NCBI GenBank assembly: GCA_964016885.1
Contig: OZ024741.1
Span: 388,430,001-388,494,000, forward strand
From: Eledone cirrhosa
Taxonomy: Eukaryota
DNA length: 64,000 nt
Reading direction: 5' to 3'
Each line of letters begins with the position of its first letter. The first letter of the stretch is position 1. The notes under the pieces are model-generated. The model saw nothing but the letters and a program-made list of their open reading frames with translations, was not told the origin of the DNA and ran no database searches. Position numbers and translations under genes: made by a program. Shown one piece after another: positions 36,201 through 47,945 of this stretch.

Positions 36201-39200
36201 GTGTGTGTGGTGTATGTGTGTCAGTGTGTATCTGTGTGTGTGGCGTATGTGAGTCAGTGTGTATCTGTGTGTGTGGTGTATGTGTGTCAGTGTGTATCTG
36301 TGTGTGTGGTGTATGTGTGTCAGTGTGTATCTGTGCGTGTGGTGTATGTGTGTCAGTGTGTATCTGTGTGTGTGGTGTGTGTGTGTCAGTGTGTATCTGT
36401 GTGTGTGGTGTATTTGTGTCAGTGTGTATCTGTGTGTGTGGCGTATGTGAGTCAGTGTGTATCTGTGTGTGTGGTGTATGTGAGTCAGTGTGTATCTTTG
36501 TGTGTGGTGTATGTGTGTCAGTGTGTATCTGTGTGTGTGGTGTATGTGTGTCAGTGTGTATCTGTGTGTGTGGCGTATGTGAGTCAGTGTGTATCTGTGT
36601 GTGTGGTGTATGTGTGTCAGTGTGTATCTGTGTGTGTGGTGTATGTGTGTCAGTGTGTATCTGTGTGTGTGGTGTATGTGTGTCAGTGTGTATCTGTGTG
36701 TGTGGTGTATGTGAGGCAGTGTGTATCTTTGTGTGTGGTGTATGTGTGTCAGTGTGTGTCAGTGTGTATCTGTGTGTGTGGTGTATTTGTGTCAGTGTGT
36801 ATCTGTGTGTGTGGCGTATGTGAGTCAGTGTGTATCCGTGTGTGTGGCGTATGTGAGTCAGTGTGTATCTGTGTGTGTGGTGTATGTGTGTCAGTGTGTG
36901 TCAGTGTGTATCTGTGAGTGTGGCGTATGTGAGTCAGTGTGAATCTGTGTGTGTGGTGTATGTGTGTCAGTATGTAACTGTGTGTGTGGTGTATGCGTGT
37001 CAGTGTGTATCTGTGTGTGTGGTGTATGTGTATCAGTGTGTATCAGTGTGTATCAGTGTGTATCTGTGTGTGTGGTGTATGTGTGTCAGTGTGTGTCAGT
37101 GTGTATCTGTGTGTGTGGTGTATGTGTGTCAGTATGTATCTGTGTGTGTGGTGTATGTGTGTAGTGTGTATCTGTGTGTGTGGTGTATGTGTGTCAGTGT
37201 GTATATGTGTGTGTGGTGTATGTGTGTCAGTGTGTATCTGTGTGTGTGGGGTATGTGAGTCAGTGTGTGTCAGTGTGTATCTGTGTGTGTGGCGTATGTG
37301 AGTCAGTGTGAATCTGTGTGTGTGGTGTATGTGTGTCAGTGTGTATCTGTGTGTGTGTTGTATGTGTGTCTGTGTGTATCTGTGTGTGTGGTGTATGTGT
37401 GTCAGTATGAGTCTGTGTGAGTGGTGTATGTGTGTCAGTGTGTATATGTGTGTGTGGTGTATGTGTGTCAGTGTGTATCTGTGTGTGTGGTGTATGTGTG
37501 TCAGTGTGTATCTGTGTGTGTGGCGTATGTGAGTCAGTGTGTATCTGTGTGTGTGGTGTATGTGTGTCAGTGTGTATCTGTGTGTGTGGTGTATGTGTGT
37601 CAGTGTGTATCTGTGCGTGTGGTGTATGTGTGTCAGTGTGTATCTGTGCGTGTGGTGTATGTGTGTCAGTGTGTGTCAGTGAGTATCTGTGTGTGTGGTG
37701 TATGTGTGTCAGTGTGTATCAGTGTGTATCTGTGTGTGTGGTGTATGTGTATCAGTGTGTATCTGTGTGTGTGGTGTATGTGTGTCAGTGTGTATCTGTG
37801 TGTGTGGCGTATGTGAGTCAGTGTGTATCTGTGTGTGTGGTGTATGTGTGTCAGTGTGTATCTGTGTGTGTGGTGTATGTGTGTCAGTGTGTATCAGTGT
37901 GTATCTCTGTGTGTGGTGTATGTGTGTCAGTGTGTATCTGTGTGTGTGGTGTATGTGTGTCAGTGTGTATCTGTGTTTGTGGTGTGTGTGTGTCAGTATG
38001 TATATGTGTGTGTCGTGTATGTGTATCAGTATGTATCTGTGTGTGTGGTGTATGTGTGTCAGTGTGTATCTGTGTGTGTGGTGTATGTGTGTCAGTGTGT
38101 ATCTGTGTGAGTGGTGTATGTGTGTCAGTGTGTATCTGTGTGTGTGGTGTATGTGTGTCAGTATGTATCTGTGTGTGTGGTGTATGTGTATCAGTGTGTA
38201 TCTGTGTGTGTGGTGTGTGTGTGTCAGTATGTATATGTGTGTGTGGTGTATGTGTATCAGTATGTATCTGTGTGTGTGGTGTATGTGTGTCAGTGTGTGT
38301 CTGTGTGAGTGGTGTATGTGTGTCAGTGTGTATCTGTGTGCGTGGTGTATGTGTATCTGTGTGTATCTGTGTGTGTGTTGTATGTGTGTCAGTGTGTATC
38401 TGTGTGTGTGGTGTATGTGTGTCAGTGTGTATCTGTGTGTGTGGTGTATGTGTGTCAGTGTGTATCTGTGTGTGTGGCGTATGTGAGTCAGTGTGTATCT
38501 GTGTGTGTGGTGTATGTGTGTCAGTGTGTATCTGTGTGTGTGGTGTATGTGTGTCAGTGTGTATCTGTGTGTGTGGTGTATGTGTGTCAGTGTGTGTCAG
38601 TGTGTATCTTTGTGTGTGGTGTATGTGTGTCAGTGTGTGTGAGTGTGTATCTGTGTGTGTGGTGTATGTGTGTCAGTGTGTATCTGTGTGTGTGGTGTAT
38701 GTGTGTCAGTGTGTAACTGTGTGCGTGGCGTATGTGAGTCAGTGTGTATCTGTGTGTGTGGTGTATGTGTGTCAGTGTGTATATGTGTGTGTGGTGTATG
38801 TGTGTCAGTGTGTATCTGTGTGTGTGGTGTATGTGTGTCAGTGTGTATCTGTGTGTGTGGCGTATGTGAGTCAGTGTGTATCTGTGTGTGTGGTGTATGT
38901 GTGTCAGTGTGTATCTGTGTGTGTGGTGTATGTGTGTCAGTGTGTATCTGTGCGTGTGGTGTATGTGTGTCAGTGTGTGTCAGTGTGTATCTGTGTGTGT
39001 GGTGTATGTGTGTCAGTGTGTATCTGTGTGTGTGGCGTATGTGAGTCAGTGTGTATCTGTGTGTGTGGTGTATGTGTGTCAGTATGTATCTGTGTGTGTG
39101 GTGTATGCGTGTCAGTGTGTATCTGTGTGTGTGGTGTATGTGTGTCAGTATATATCTGTGTGTGTGGTGTATGTGTGTAGTGTGTATCTGTGTGTGTGGT

Positions 39201-42200
39201 GTATGTGTGTCAGTGTGTATCTGTGCGTGTGGTGTATGTGTGTCAGTGTGTATCTGTGCGTGTGGTGTATGTGTGTCAGTGTGTGTCTGTGTGAGTGGTG
39301 TATGTGTGTCAGTGTGTATCTGTGCGTGTGGTGTATGCGTGTCAGTATGTATCTGTGTGTGTGGTGTATGTGTGTAGTGTGTATCTGTGTGTGTGGTGTA
39401 TGTGTGTCAGTGTGTATCTGTGCGTGTGGTGTATGTGTGTCAGTGTGTATCTGTGCGTGTGGTGTATGTGTGTCAGTGTGTATCTGTGTGTGTGGTGTGT
39501 GTGTGTCAGTGTGTATCTGTGTGTGTGGTGTGTGTGTGTCAGTGTGTATCTGTGCGTGTGGTGTATGCGTGTCAGTATGTATCTGTGTGTGTGGTGTATG
39601 TGTGTCAGTGAGTATCTGTGCGTGTGGTGTATGCGTGTCAGTGTGTATCTGTGTGTGTGGTGTATGTGTGTCAGTGTGTATCTGTGCATGTGGTGTATGT
39701 GTGTCAGTGTGTGTCAGTGTGTATCTGTGTGTGTGGCGTATGTGAGTCAGTGTGTATCTGTGTGTGTGGTGTATGTGTGTCAGTGTGTATCTGTGTGTGT
39801 GGTGTATGTGTGTCAGTGTGTATCTGTGTGTGTGGTGTATGTGTGTCAGTGTGTATCTGTGTGTGTGGTGTATGTGTGTCAGTGTGTATCTGTGTGTGTG
39901 GCGTATGTGAGTCAGTGTGTATCTGTGTGTGTTGTGTATGTGTGTCAGTGTGTATCTGTGTGTGTGGTGTATGTGTGTCAGTGTGTATCTGTGCGTGTGG
40001 TGTATGTGTGTCAGTGTGTATCTGTGTGTGTGGTGTGTGTGTGTCAGTGTGTATCTGTGTGTGTGGTGTATTTGTGTCAGTGTGTATCTGTGTGTGTGGC
40101 GTATGTGAGTCAGTGTGTATCTGTGTGTGTGGTGTATGTGAGTCAGTGTGTATCTTTGTGTGTGGTGTATGTGTGTCAGTGTGTATCTGTGTGTGTGGTG
40201 TATGTGTGTCAGTGTGTATCTGTGTGTGTGGCGTATGTGAGTCAGTGTGTATCTGTGTGTGTGGTGTATGTGTGTCAGTGTGTATCTGTGTGTGTGGTGT
40301 ATGTGTGTCAGTGTGTATCTGTGTGTGTGGTGTATGTGTGTCAGTGTGTATCTGTGTGTGTGGCGTATGTGAGGCAGTGTGTATCTTTGTGTGTGGTGTA
40401 TGTGTGTCAGTGTGTGTCAGTGTGTATCTGTGTGTGTGGTGTATTTGTGTCAGTGTGTATCTGTGTGTGTGGCGTATGTGAGTCAGTGTGTATCTGTGTG
40501 TGTGGCGTATGTGAGTCAGTGTGTATCTGTGTGTGTGGTGTATGTGTGTCAGTGTGTATCTGTGTGTGTGGTGTATGTGTGTCAGTGTGTATCTGTGCGT
40601 GTGGTGTATGTGTGTCAGTGTGTGTCAGTGTGTATCTGTGTGTGTGGCGTATGTGAGTCAGTGTGAATCTGTGTGTGTGGTGTATGTGTGTCAGTATGTA
40701 ACTGTGTGTGTGGTGTATGCGTGTCAGTGTGTATCTGTGTGTGTGGTGTATGTGTATCAGTGTGTATCAGTGTGTATCTGTGTGTGTGGTGTATGTGTGT
40801 CAGTGTGTGTCAGTGTGTATCTGTGTGTGTGGTGTATGTGTGTCAGTATGTATCTGTGTGTGTGGTGTATGTGTGTAGTGTGTATCTGTGTGTGTGGTGT
40901 ATGTGTGTCAGTGTGTATATGTGTGTGTGGTGTATGTGTGTCAGTGTGTATCTGTGTGTGTGGGGTATGTGAGTCAGTGTGTGTCAGTGTGTATCTGTGT
41001 GTGTGGCGTATGTGAGTCAGTGTGAATCTGTGTGTGTGGTGTATGTGTGTCAGTGTGTATCTGTGTGTGTGGTGTATGTGTATCAGTGTGTATCTGTGTG
41101 TGTGGTGTGTGTGTGTCAGTGTGTATCTGTGTGTGTGGTGTATGTGTGTCAGTGTGTATCTGTGCGTGTGGTGTATGTGTGTCAGTGTGTGTCAGTGTGT
41201 ATCTGTGTGTGTGGCGTATGTGAGTCAGTGTGAATCTGCGTGTGTGGTGTATGTGTGTCAGTATGTATCTGTGTGTGTGGTGTATGTGTATCAGTATGTA
41301 TCTGTGTGTGTGGTGTATGCGTGTCAGTGTGTATCTGTGTGTGTGGTGTATGTGTATCAGTGTGTATCAGTGTGTATCTGTGTGTGTGGTGTATGTGTGT
41401 CAGTGTGTGTCAGTGTGTATCTGTGTGTGTGGTGTATGTGTGTCAGTATGTATCTGTGTGTGTGGTGTATGTGTGTAGTATGTATCTGTGTGTGTGGTGT
41501 ATGTGTGTCAGTGTGTATCTGTGCGTGTGGTGTATGTGTGTCAGTGTGTGTCAGTGTGTATCTGTGTGTGTGGTGTATGTGTATCAGTGTTTATATGTGT
41601 GTGTGGTGTATGTGTGTCAGTGTGTATGTGTGTGTGTGGGGTATGTGAGTCAGTGTGTATCTGTGTGTGTGGTGTATGTGTGTCAGTGTGTATCTGTGTG
41701 TGTGGTGTATGTGTGTCAGTGTGTATCTGTGTGTGTGGCGTATGTGAGTCAGTGTGTATCTGTGTGTGTGGTGTATGTGTGTCAGTGTGTATCTGTGTGT
41801 GTGGTGTATGTGTGTCAGTGTGTATCTGTGCGTGTGGTGTATGTGTGTCAGTATATATCTGTGTGTGTGGTGTATGTGTGTAGTGTGTATCTGTGTGTGT
41901 GGTGTATGTGTGTCAGTGTGTATCTGTGCGTGTGGTGTATGTGTGTCAGTGTGTATCTGTGCGTGTGGTGTATGTGTGTCAGTGTGTGTCTGTGTGAGTG
42001 GTGTATGTGTGTCAGTGTGTATCTGTGCGTGTGGTGTATGCGTGTCAGTATGTATCTGTGTGTGTGGTGTATGTGTGTAGTGTGTATCTGTGTGTGTGGT
42101 GTATGTGTGTCAGTGTGTATCTGTGCGTGTGGTGTATGTGTGTCAGTGTGTATCTGTGCGTGTGGTGTATGTGTGTCAGTGTGTATCTGTGTGTGTGGTG

Positions 42201-45200
42201 TGTGTGTGTCAGTGTGTATCTGTGTGTGTGGTGTGTGTGTGTCAGTGTGTATCTGTGCGTGTGGTGTATGCGTGTCAGTATGTATCTGTGTGTGTGGTGT
42301 ATGTGTGTCAGTGAGTATCTGTGCGTGTGGTGTATGCGTGTCAGTGTGTATCTGTGTGTGTGGTGTATGTGTGTCAGTGTGTATCTGTGCATGTGGTGTA
42401 TGTGTGTCAGTGTGTGTCAGTGTGTATCTGTGTGTGTGGCGTATGTGAGTCAGTGTGTATCTGTGTGTGTGGTGTATGTGTGTCAGTGTGTATCTGTGTG
42501 TGTGGTGTATGTGTGTCAGTGTGTATCTGTGTGTGTGGTGTATGTGTGTCAGTGTGTATCTGTGTGTGTGGTGTATGTGTGTCAGTGTGTATCTGTGTGT
42601 GTGGCGTATGTGAGTCAGTGTGTATCTGTGTGTGTTGTGTATGTGTGTCAGTGTGTATCTGTGTGTGTGGTGTATGTGTGTCAGTGTGTATCTGTGCGTG
42701 TGGTGTATGTGTGTCAGTGTGTATCTGTGTGTGTGGTGTGTGTGTGTCAGTGTGTATCTGTGTGTGTGGTGTATTTGTGTCAGTGTGTATCTGTGTGTGT
42801 GGCGTATGTGAGTCAGTGTGTATCTGTGTGTGTGGTGTATGTGAGTCAGTGTGTATCTTTGTGTGTGGTGTATGTGTGTCAGTGTGTATCTGTGTGTGTG
42901 GTGTATGTGTGTCAGTGTGTATCTGTGTGTGTGGCGTATGTGAGTCAGTGTGTATCTGTGTGTGTGGTGTATGTGTGTCAGTGTGTATCTGTGTGTGTGG
43001 TGTATGTGTGTCAGTGTGTATCTGTGTGTGTGGTGTATGTGTGTCAGTGTGTATCTGTGTGTGTGGCGTATGTGAGGCAGTGTGTATCTTTGTGTGTGGT
43101 GTATGTGTGTCAGTGTGTGTCAGTGTGTATCTGTGTGTGTGGTGTATTTGTGTCAGTGTGTATCTGTGTGTGTGGCGTATGTGAGTCAGTGTGTATCTGT
43201 GTGTGTGGCGTATGTGAGTCAGTGTGTATCTGTGTGTGTGGTGTATGTGTGTCAGTGTGTATCTGTGTGTGTGGTGTATGTGTGTCAGTGTGTATCTGTG
43301 CGTGTGGTGTATGTGTGTCAGTGTGTGTCAGTGTGTATCTGTGTGTGTGGCGTATGTGAGTCAGTGTGAATCTGTGTGTGTGGTGTATGTGTGTCAGTAT
43401 GTAACTGTGTGTGTGGTGTATGCGTGTCAGTGTGTATCTGTGTGTGTGGTGTATGTGTATCAGTGTGTATCAGTGTGTATCTGTGTGTGTGGTGTATGTG
43501 TGTCAGTGTGTGTCAGTGTGTATCTGTGTGTGTGGTGTATGTGTGTCAGTATGTATCTGTGTGTGTGGTGTATGTGTGTAGTGTGTATCTGTGTGTGTGG
43601 TGTATGTGTGTCAGTGTGTATATGTGTGTGTGGTGTATGTGTGTCAGTGTGTATCTGTGTGTGTGGGGTATGTGAGTCAGTGTGTGTCAGTGTGTATCTG
43701 TGTGTGTGGCGTATGTGAGTCAGTGTGAATCTGTGTGTGTGGTGTATGTGTGTCAGTGTGTATCTGTGTGTGTGGTGTATGTGTATCAGTGTGTATCTGT
43801 GTGTGTGGTGTGTGTGTGTCAGTGTGTATCTGTGTGTGTGGTGTATGTGTGTCAGTGTGTATCTGTGCGTGTGGTGTATGTGTGTCAGTGTGTGTCAGTG
43901 TGTATCTGTGTGTGTGGCGTATGTGAGTCAGTGTGAATCTGCGTGTGTGGTGTATGTGTGTCAGTATGTATCTGTGTGTGTGGTGTATGTGTATCAGTAT
44001 GTATCTGTGTGTGTGGTGTATGCGTGTCAGTGTGTATCTGTGTGTGTGGTGTATGTGTATCAGTGTGTATCAGTGTGTATCTGTGTGTGTGGTGTATGTG
44101 TGTCAGTGTGTGTCAGTGTGTATCTGTGTGTGTGGTGTATGTGTGTCAGTATGTATCTGTGTGTGTGGTGTATGTGTGTAGTATGTATCTGTGTGTGTGG
44201 TGTATGTGTGTCAGTGTGTATCTGTGCGTGTGGTGTATGTGTGTCAGTGTGTGTCAGTGTGTATCTGTGTGTGTGGTGTATGTGTATCAGTGTTTATATG
44301 TGTGTGTGGTGTATGTGTGTCAGTGTGTATGTGTGTGTGTGGGGTATGTGAGTCAGTGTGTATCTGTGTGTGTGGTGTATGTGTGTCAGTGTGTATCTGT
44401 GTGTGTGGTGTATGTGTGTCAGTGTGTATCTGTGTGTGTGGCGTATGTGAGTCAGTGTGTATCTGTGTGTGTGGTGTATGTGTGTCAGTGTGTATCTGTG
44501 TGTGTGGTGTATGTGTGTCAGTGTGTATCTGTGCGTGTGGTGTATGTGTGTCAGTGTGTGTCAGTGTGTATCTGTGTGTGTGGTGTATTTGTGTCAGTGT
44601 GTATCTGTGTGTGTGGCGTATGTGAGTCAGTGTGTATCTGTGTGTGTGGCGTATGTGAGTCAGTGTGTATCTGTGTGTGTGGTGTATGTGTGTCAGTGTG
44701 TATCTGTGTGTGTGGTGTATGTGTGTCAGTGTGTATCTGTGCGTGTGGTGTATGTGTGTCAGTGTGTGTCAGTGTGTATCTGTGTGTGTGGCGTATGTGA
44801 GTCAGTGTGAATCTGTGTGTGTGGTGTATGTGTGTCAGTATGTAACTGTGTGTGTGGTGTATGCGTGTCAGTGTGTATCTGTGTGTGTGGTGTATGTGTA
44901 TCAGTGTGTATCAGTGTGTATCTGTGTGTGTGGTGTATGTGTGTCAGTGTGTGTCAGTGTGTATCTGTGTGTGTGGTGTATGTGTGTCAGTATGTATCTG
45001 TGTGTGTGGTGTATGTGTGTAGTGTGTATCTGTGTGTGTGGTGTATGTGTGTCAGTGTGTATATGTGTGTGTGGTGTATGTGTGTCAGTGTGTATCTGTG
45101 TGTGTGGGGTATGTGAGTCAGTGTGTGTCAGTGTGTATCTGTGTGTGTGGCGTATGTGAGTCAGTGTGAATCTGTGTGTGTGGTGTATGTGTGTCAGTGT

Positions 45201-46868
45201 GTATCTGTGTGTGTGGTGTATGTGTATCAGTGTGTATCTGTGTGTGTGGTGTGTGTGTGTCAGTGTGTATCTGTGTGTGTGGTGTATGTGTGTCAGTGTG
45301 TATCTGTGCGTGTGGTGTATGTGTGTCAGTGTGTGTCAGTGTGTATCTGTGTGTGTGGCGTATGTGAGTCAGTGTGAATCTGCGTGTGTGGTGTATGTGT
45401 GTCAGTATGTATCTGTGTGTGTGGTGTATGTGTATCAGTATGTATCTGTGTGTGTGGTGTATGCGTGTCAGTGTGTATCTGTGTGTGTGGTGTATGTGTA
45501 TCAGTGTGTATCAGTGTGTATCTGTGTGTGTGGTGTATGTGTGTCAGTGTGTGTCAGTGTGTATCTGTGTGTGTGGTGTATGTGTGTCAGTATGTATCTG
45601 TGTGTGTGGTGTATGTGTGTAGTATGTATCTGTGTGTGTGGTGTATGTGTGTCAGTGTGTATCTGTGCGTGTGGTGTATGTGTGTCAGTGTGTGTCAGTG
45701 TGTATCTGTGTGTGTGGTGTATGTGTATCAGTGTTTATATGTGTGTGTGGTGTATGTGTGTCAGTGTGTATGTGTGTGTGTGGGGTATGTGAGTCAGTGT
45801 GTATCTGTGTGTGTGGTGTATGTGTGTCAGTGTGTATCTGTGTGTGTGGTGTATGTGTGTCAGTGTGTATCTGTGTGTGTGGCGTATGTGAGTCAGTGTG
45901 TATCTGTGTGTGTGGTGTATGTGTGTCAGTGTGTATCTGTGTGTGTGGTGTATGTGTGTCAGTGTGTATCTGTGCGTGTGGTGTATGTGTGTCAGTGTGT
46001 GTCAGTGTGTATCTGTGTGTGTGGTGTATGTGTGTCAGTGTGTATCTGTGTGTGTGGCGTAAGTGAGTCAGTGTGTATCTGTGTGTGTGGTGTATGTGTG
46101 TCAGTGTGTATCTGTGTGTGTGGCGTAAGTGAGTCAGTGTGTATCTGTGTGTGTGGTGTATGTGTGTCGGTGTGTATCAGTGTGTATCTGTGTGTGTGGT
46201 GTTTGTGTGTCAGTGTGTATCTGTGTGTGTGGTGTATGTGTGTCAGTGTGTATCTGTGTGTGTGGTGTATGTGTGTCAGTGTGTATCTGTGTGTGTGGTG
46301 TATGTGTGTCAGTGTGTATCTGTGTGTGTGGTGTTTGTGTGTCAGTGTGTATCTGTGTGTGTGGTGTATGTGTGTCAGTGTGTATCAGTGTGTATCTGTG
46401 TGTGTGGTGTATGTGTGTCAGTGTGTATCTGTGTGTGTGGTGTATGTGTGTAGTGTGTATCTGTGTGTGTGGTGTATGTGTGTCAGTGTGTATCTGTGTG
46501 TGTGGTGTATGTGTATTAGTGTGTGTTGTGTATGTGTGTCAGTGTGTATCAGTGTGTATCTGTGTGTGTGGTGTATGTGTATCAGTGTGTTTCTGTGTGT
46601 GTGGTGTATGTGTGTCAGTGTGTCTCTCTGTGTGTGGTGTATGTGTGTAGTGTGTATCTGTGTGTGTGGTATATGTATGTCAGTGTGTATCTGTGTGTGT
46701 GGTGTATGTGTGTCAGTGTGTATCTGTGTGTGTGCTGTATGTATGTCAGTGTGTATCTGTGTGTGTGGTGTATGTGTGTCAGTGTGTATCTGTGTGTGTG
46801 GTGTATGTGTGTCAGTGTGTATCAGTGTGTGTGGTGTATGTGTATCAGTGTGTATCTGTGTGTGTGGT
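12244..46868 (-). repeat. 33-bp minisatellite, inverted (TG-strand) arm, 34.6 kb, with higher-order duplications
   Basis: Consensus TCAGTGTGTATCTGTGTGTGTGGTGTATGTGTG is the reverse complement of the left-arm unit; roughly 1000 units. Confidence 0.97.
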
Positions 46869-47091
46869 CTACACACACACACACTGACACCGCAACACAC
46901 ATACACATACACATCGACATAGACCCACACACAAACACCACAGACACACACAAACACCATACACACGCACACACACTCACACACAAACCACACACACACA
47001 CACACACACACACCAAACACAAACACTACACACACTCAAATACCACACACACACACAGACACCACACACACACACACACACACACAGACAC

Positions 47092-47122
<31 letters not shown>

Positions 47123-47284
47123 CACACACACACACAAACACTACATACACACCAAGACACAGATAAACACACACACACAAAGAGAAATACACACCACACA
47201 CATACACAGACACACTGAAAGAAAAATATACACCACACACACATACACACAAAGAGAATTACACACCACACAAATACACACTCC
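46869..47284 (+). repeat. Degenerate CA-rich cap, copy 2 (longer)
   Basis: Same ordered landmarks as 11987-12243, in the same orientation. Confidence 0.85.
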
Positions 47285-47285
47285 T

Positions 47286-47913
47286 TGTGTGTGTGTGTGT
47301 GTGTGTTGTTTGTGTGTGTGTGGTGTCTGTGTGTGTATGTGTGTATGTGGTGTGTGTGTTTGTGGTGTTTGTGTGTGTGTGTGGTGTGTGTGTGTGGTGT
47401 ATGTGTGTGTGTATGTGTGTTTGTGTGTGTGGTGTTTGTGTGTGTATGTGGTGTTTGTGTCTGTGGTGTGTGTGTGTGTACGTGGTGTTTGTGTGTGTGT
47501 GTGTGGTGTTTGTTTTGTTTGTGTGTGTGTGTGTGTGTTCATGTGTGTACATCTGTGTGAATGTGTATTTATGTATGTGTGTGTGTTCATGTGTGTGCAT
47601 GTGTGCGTGTGTGCATGTGTGCATGTGTGTATGTGTGTGTGCATGTATGTATGTGTGTGCACGTGCCAATGTGTCGCGCATGTGTGTGAATGTGTTGCGC
47701 ATGTGTTTGTGTACATGTGTGTGTATGTAGATGTGTGAATCTGTGTGTGTTCATGTAAATTATGTGTCCGTGTGTGTCACATGAGTTATGTGTGTGTGCG
47801 TGTGCTCATGTGTGTCTGCATGTCTGTGTTTGTGTGCTTGTATGTGTATGAGTGTATGTGTGTGTGCCCATGTTTGTGTATGTGTGTGTATGTATTTGTG
47901 TGCTCGTATGTTA

Positions 47914-47944
<31 letters not shown>

Positions 47945-47945
47945 C
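47286..47945 (+). repeat. Degenerate (TG)n microsatellite
   Basis: Directly visible low-complexity TG tract. Confidence 0.9.

Noticed and set aside
6503-46868. Telomeric or confirmed centromeric repeat
   Set aside because: No TTAGGG-type tract, and centromere function cannot be inferred from sequence.
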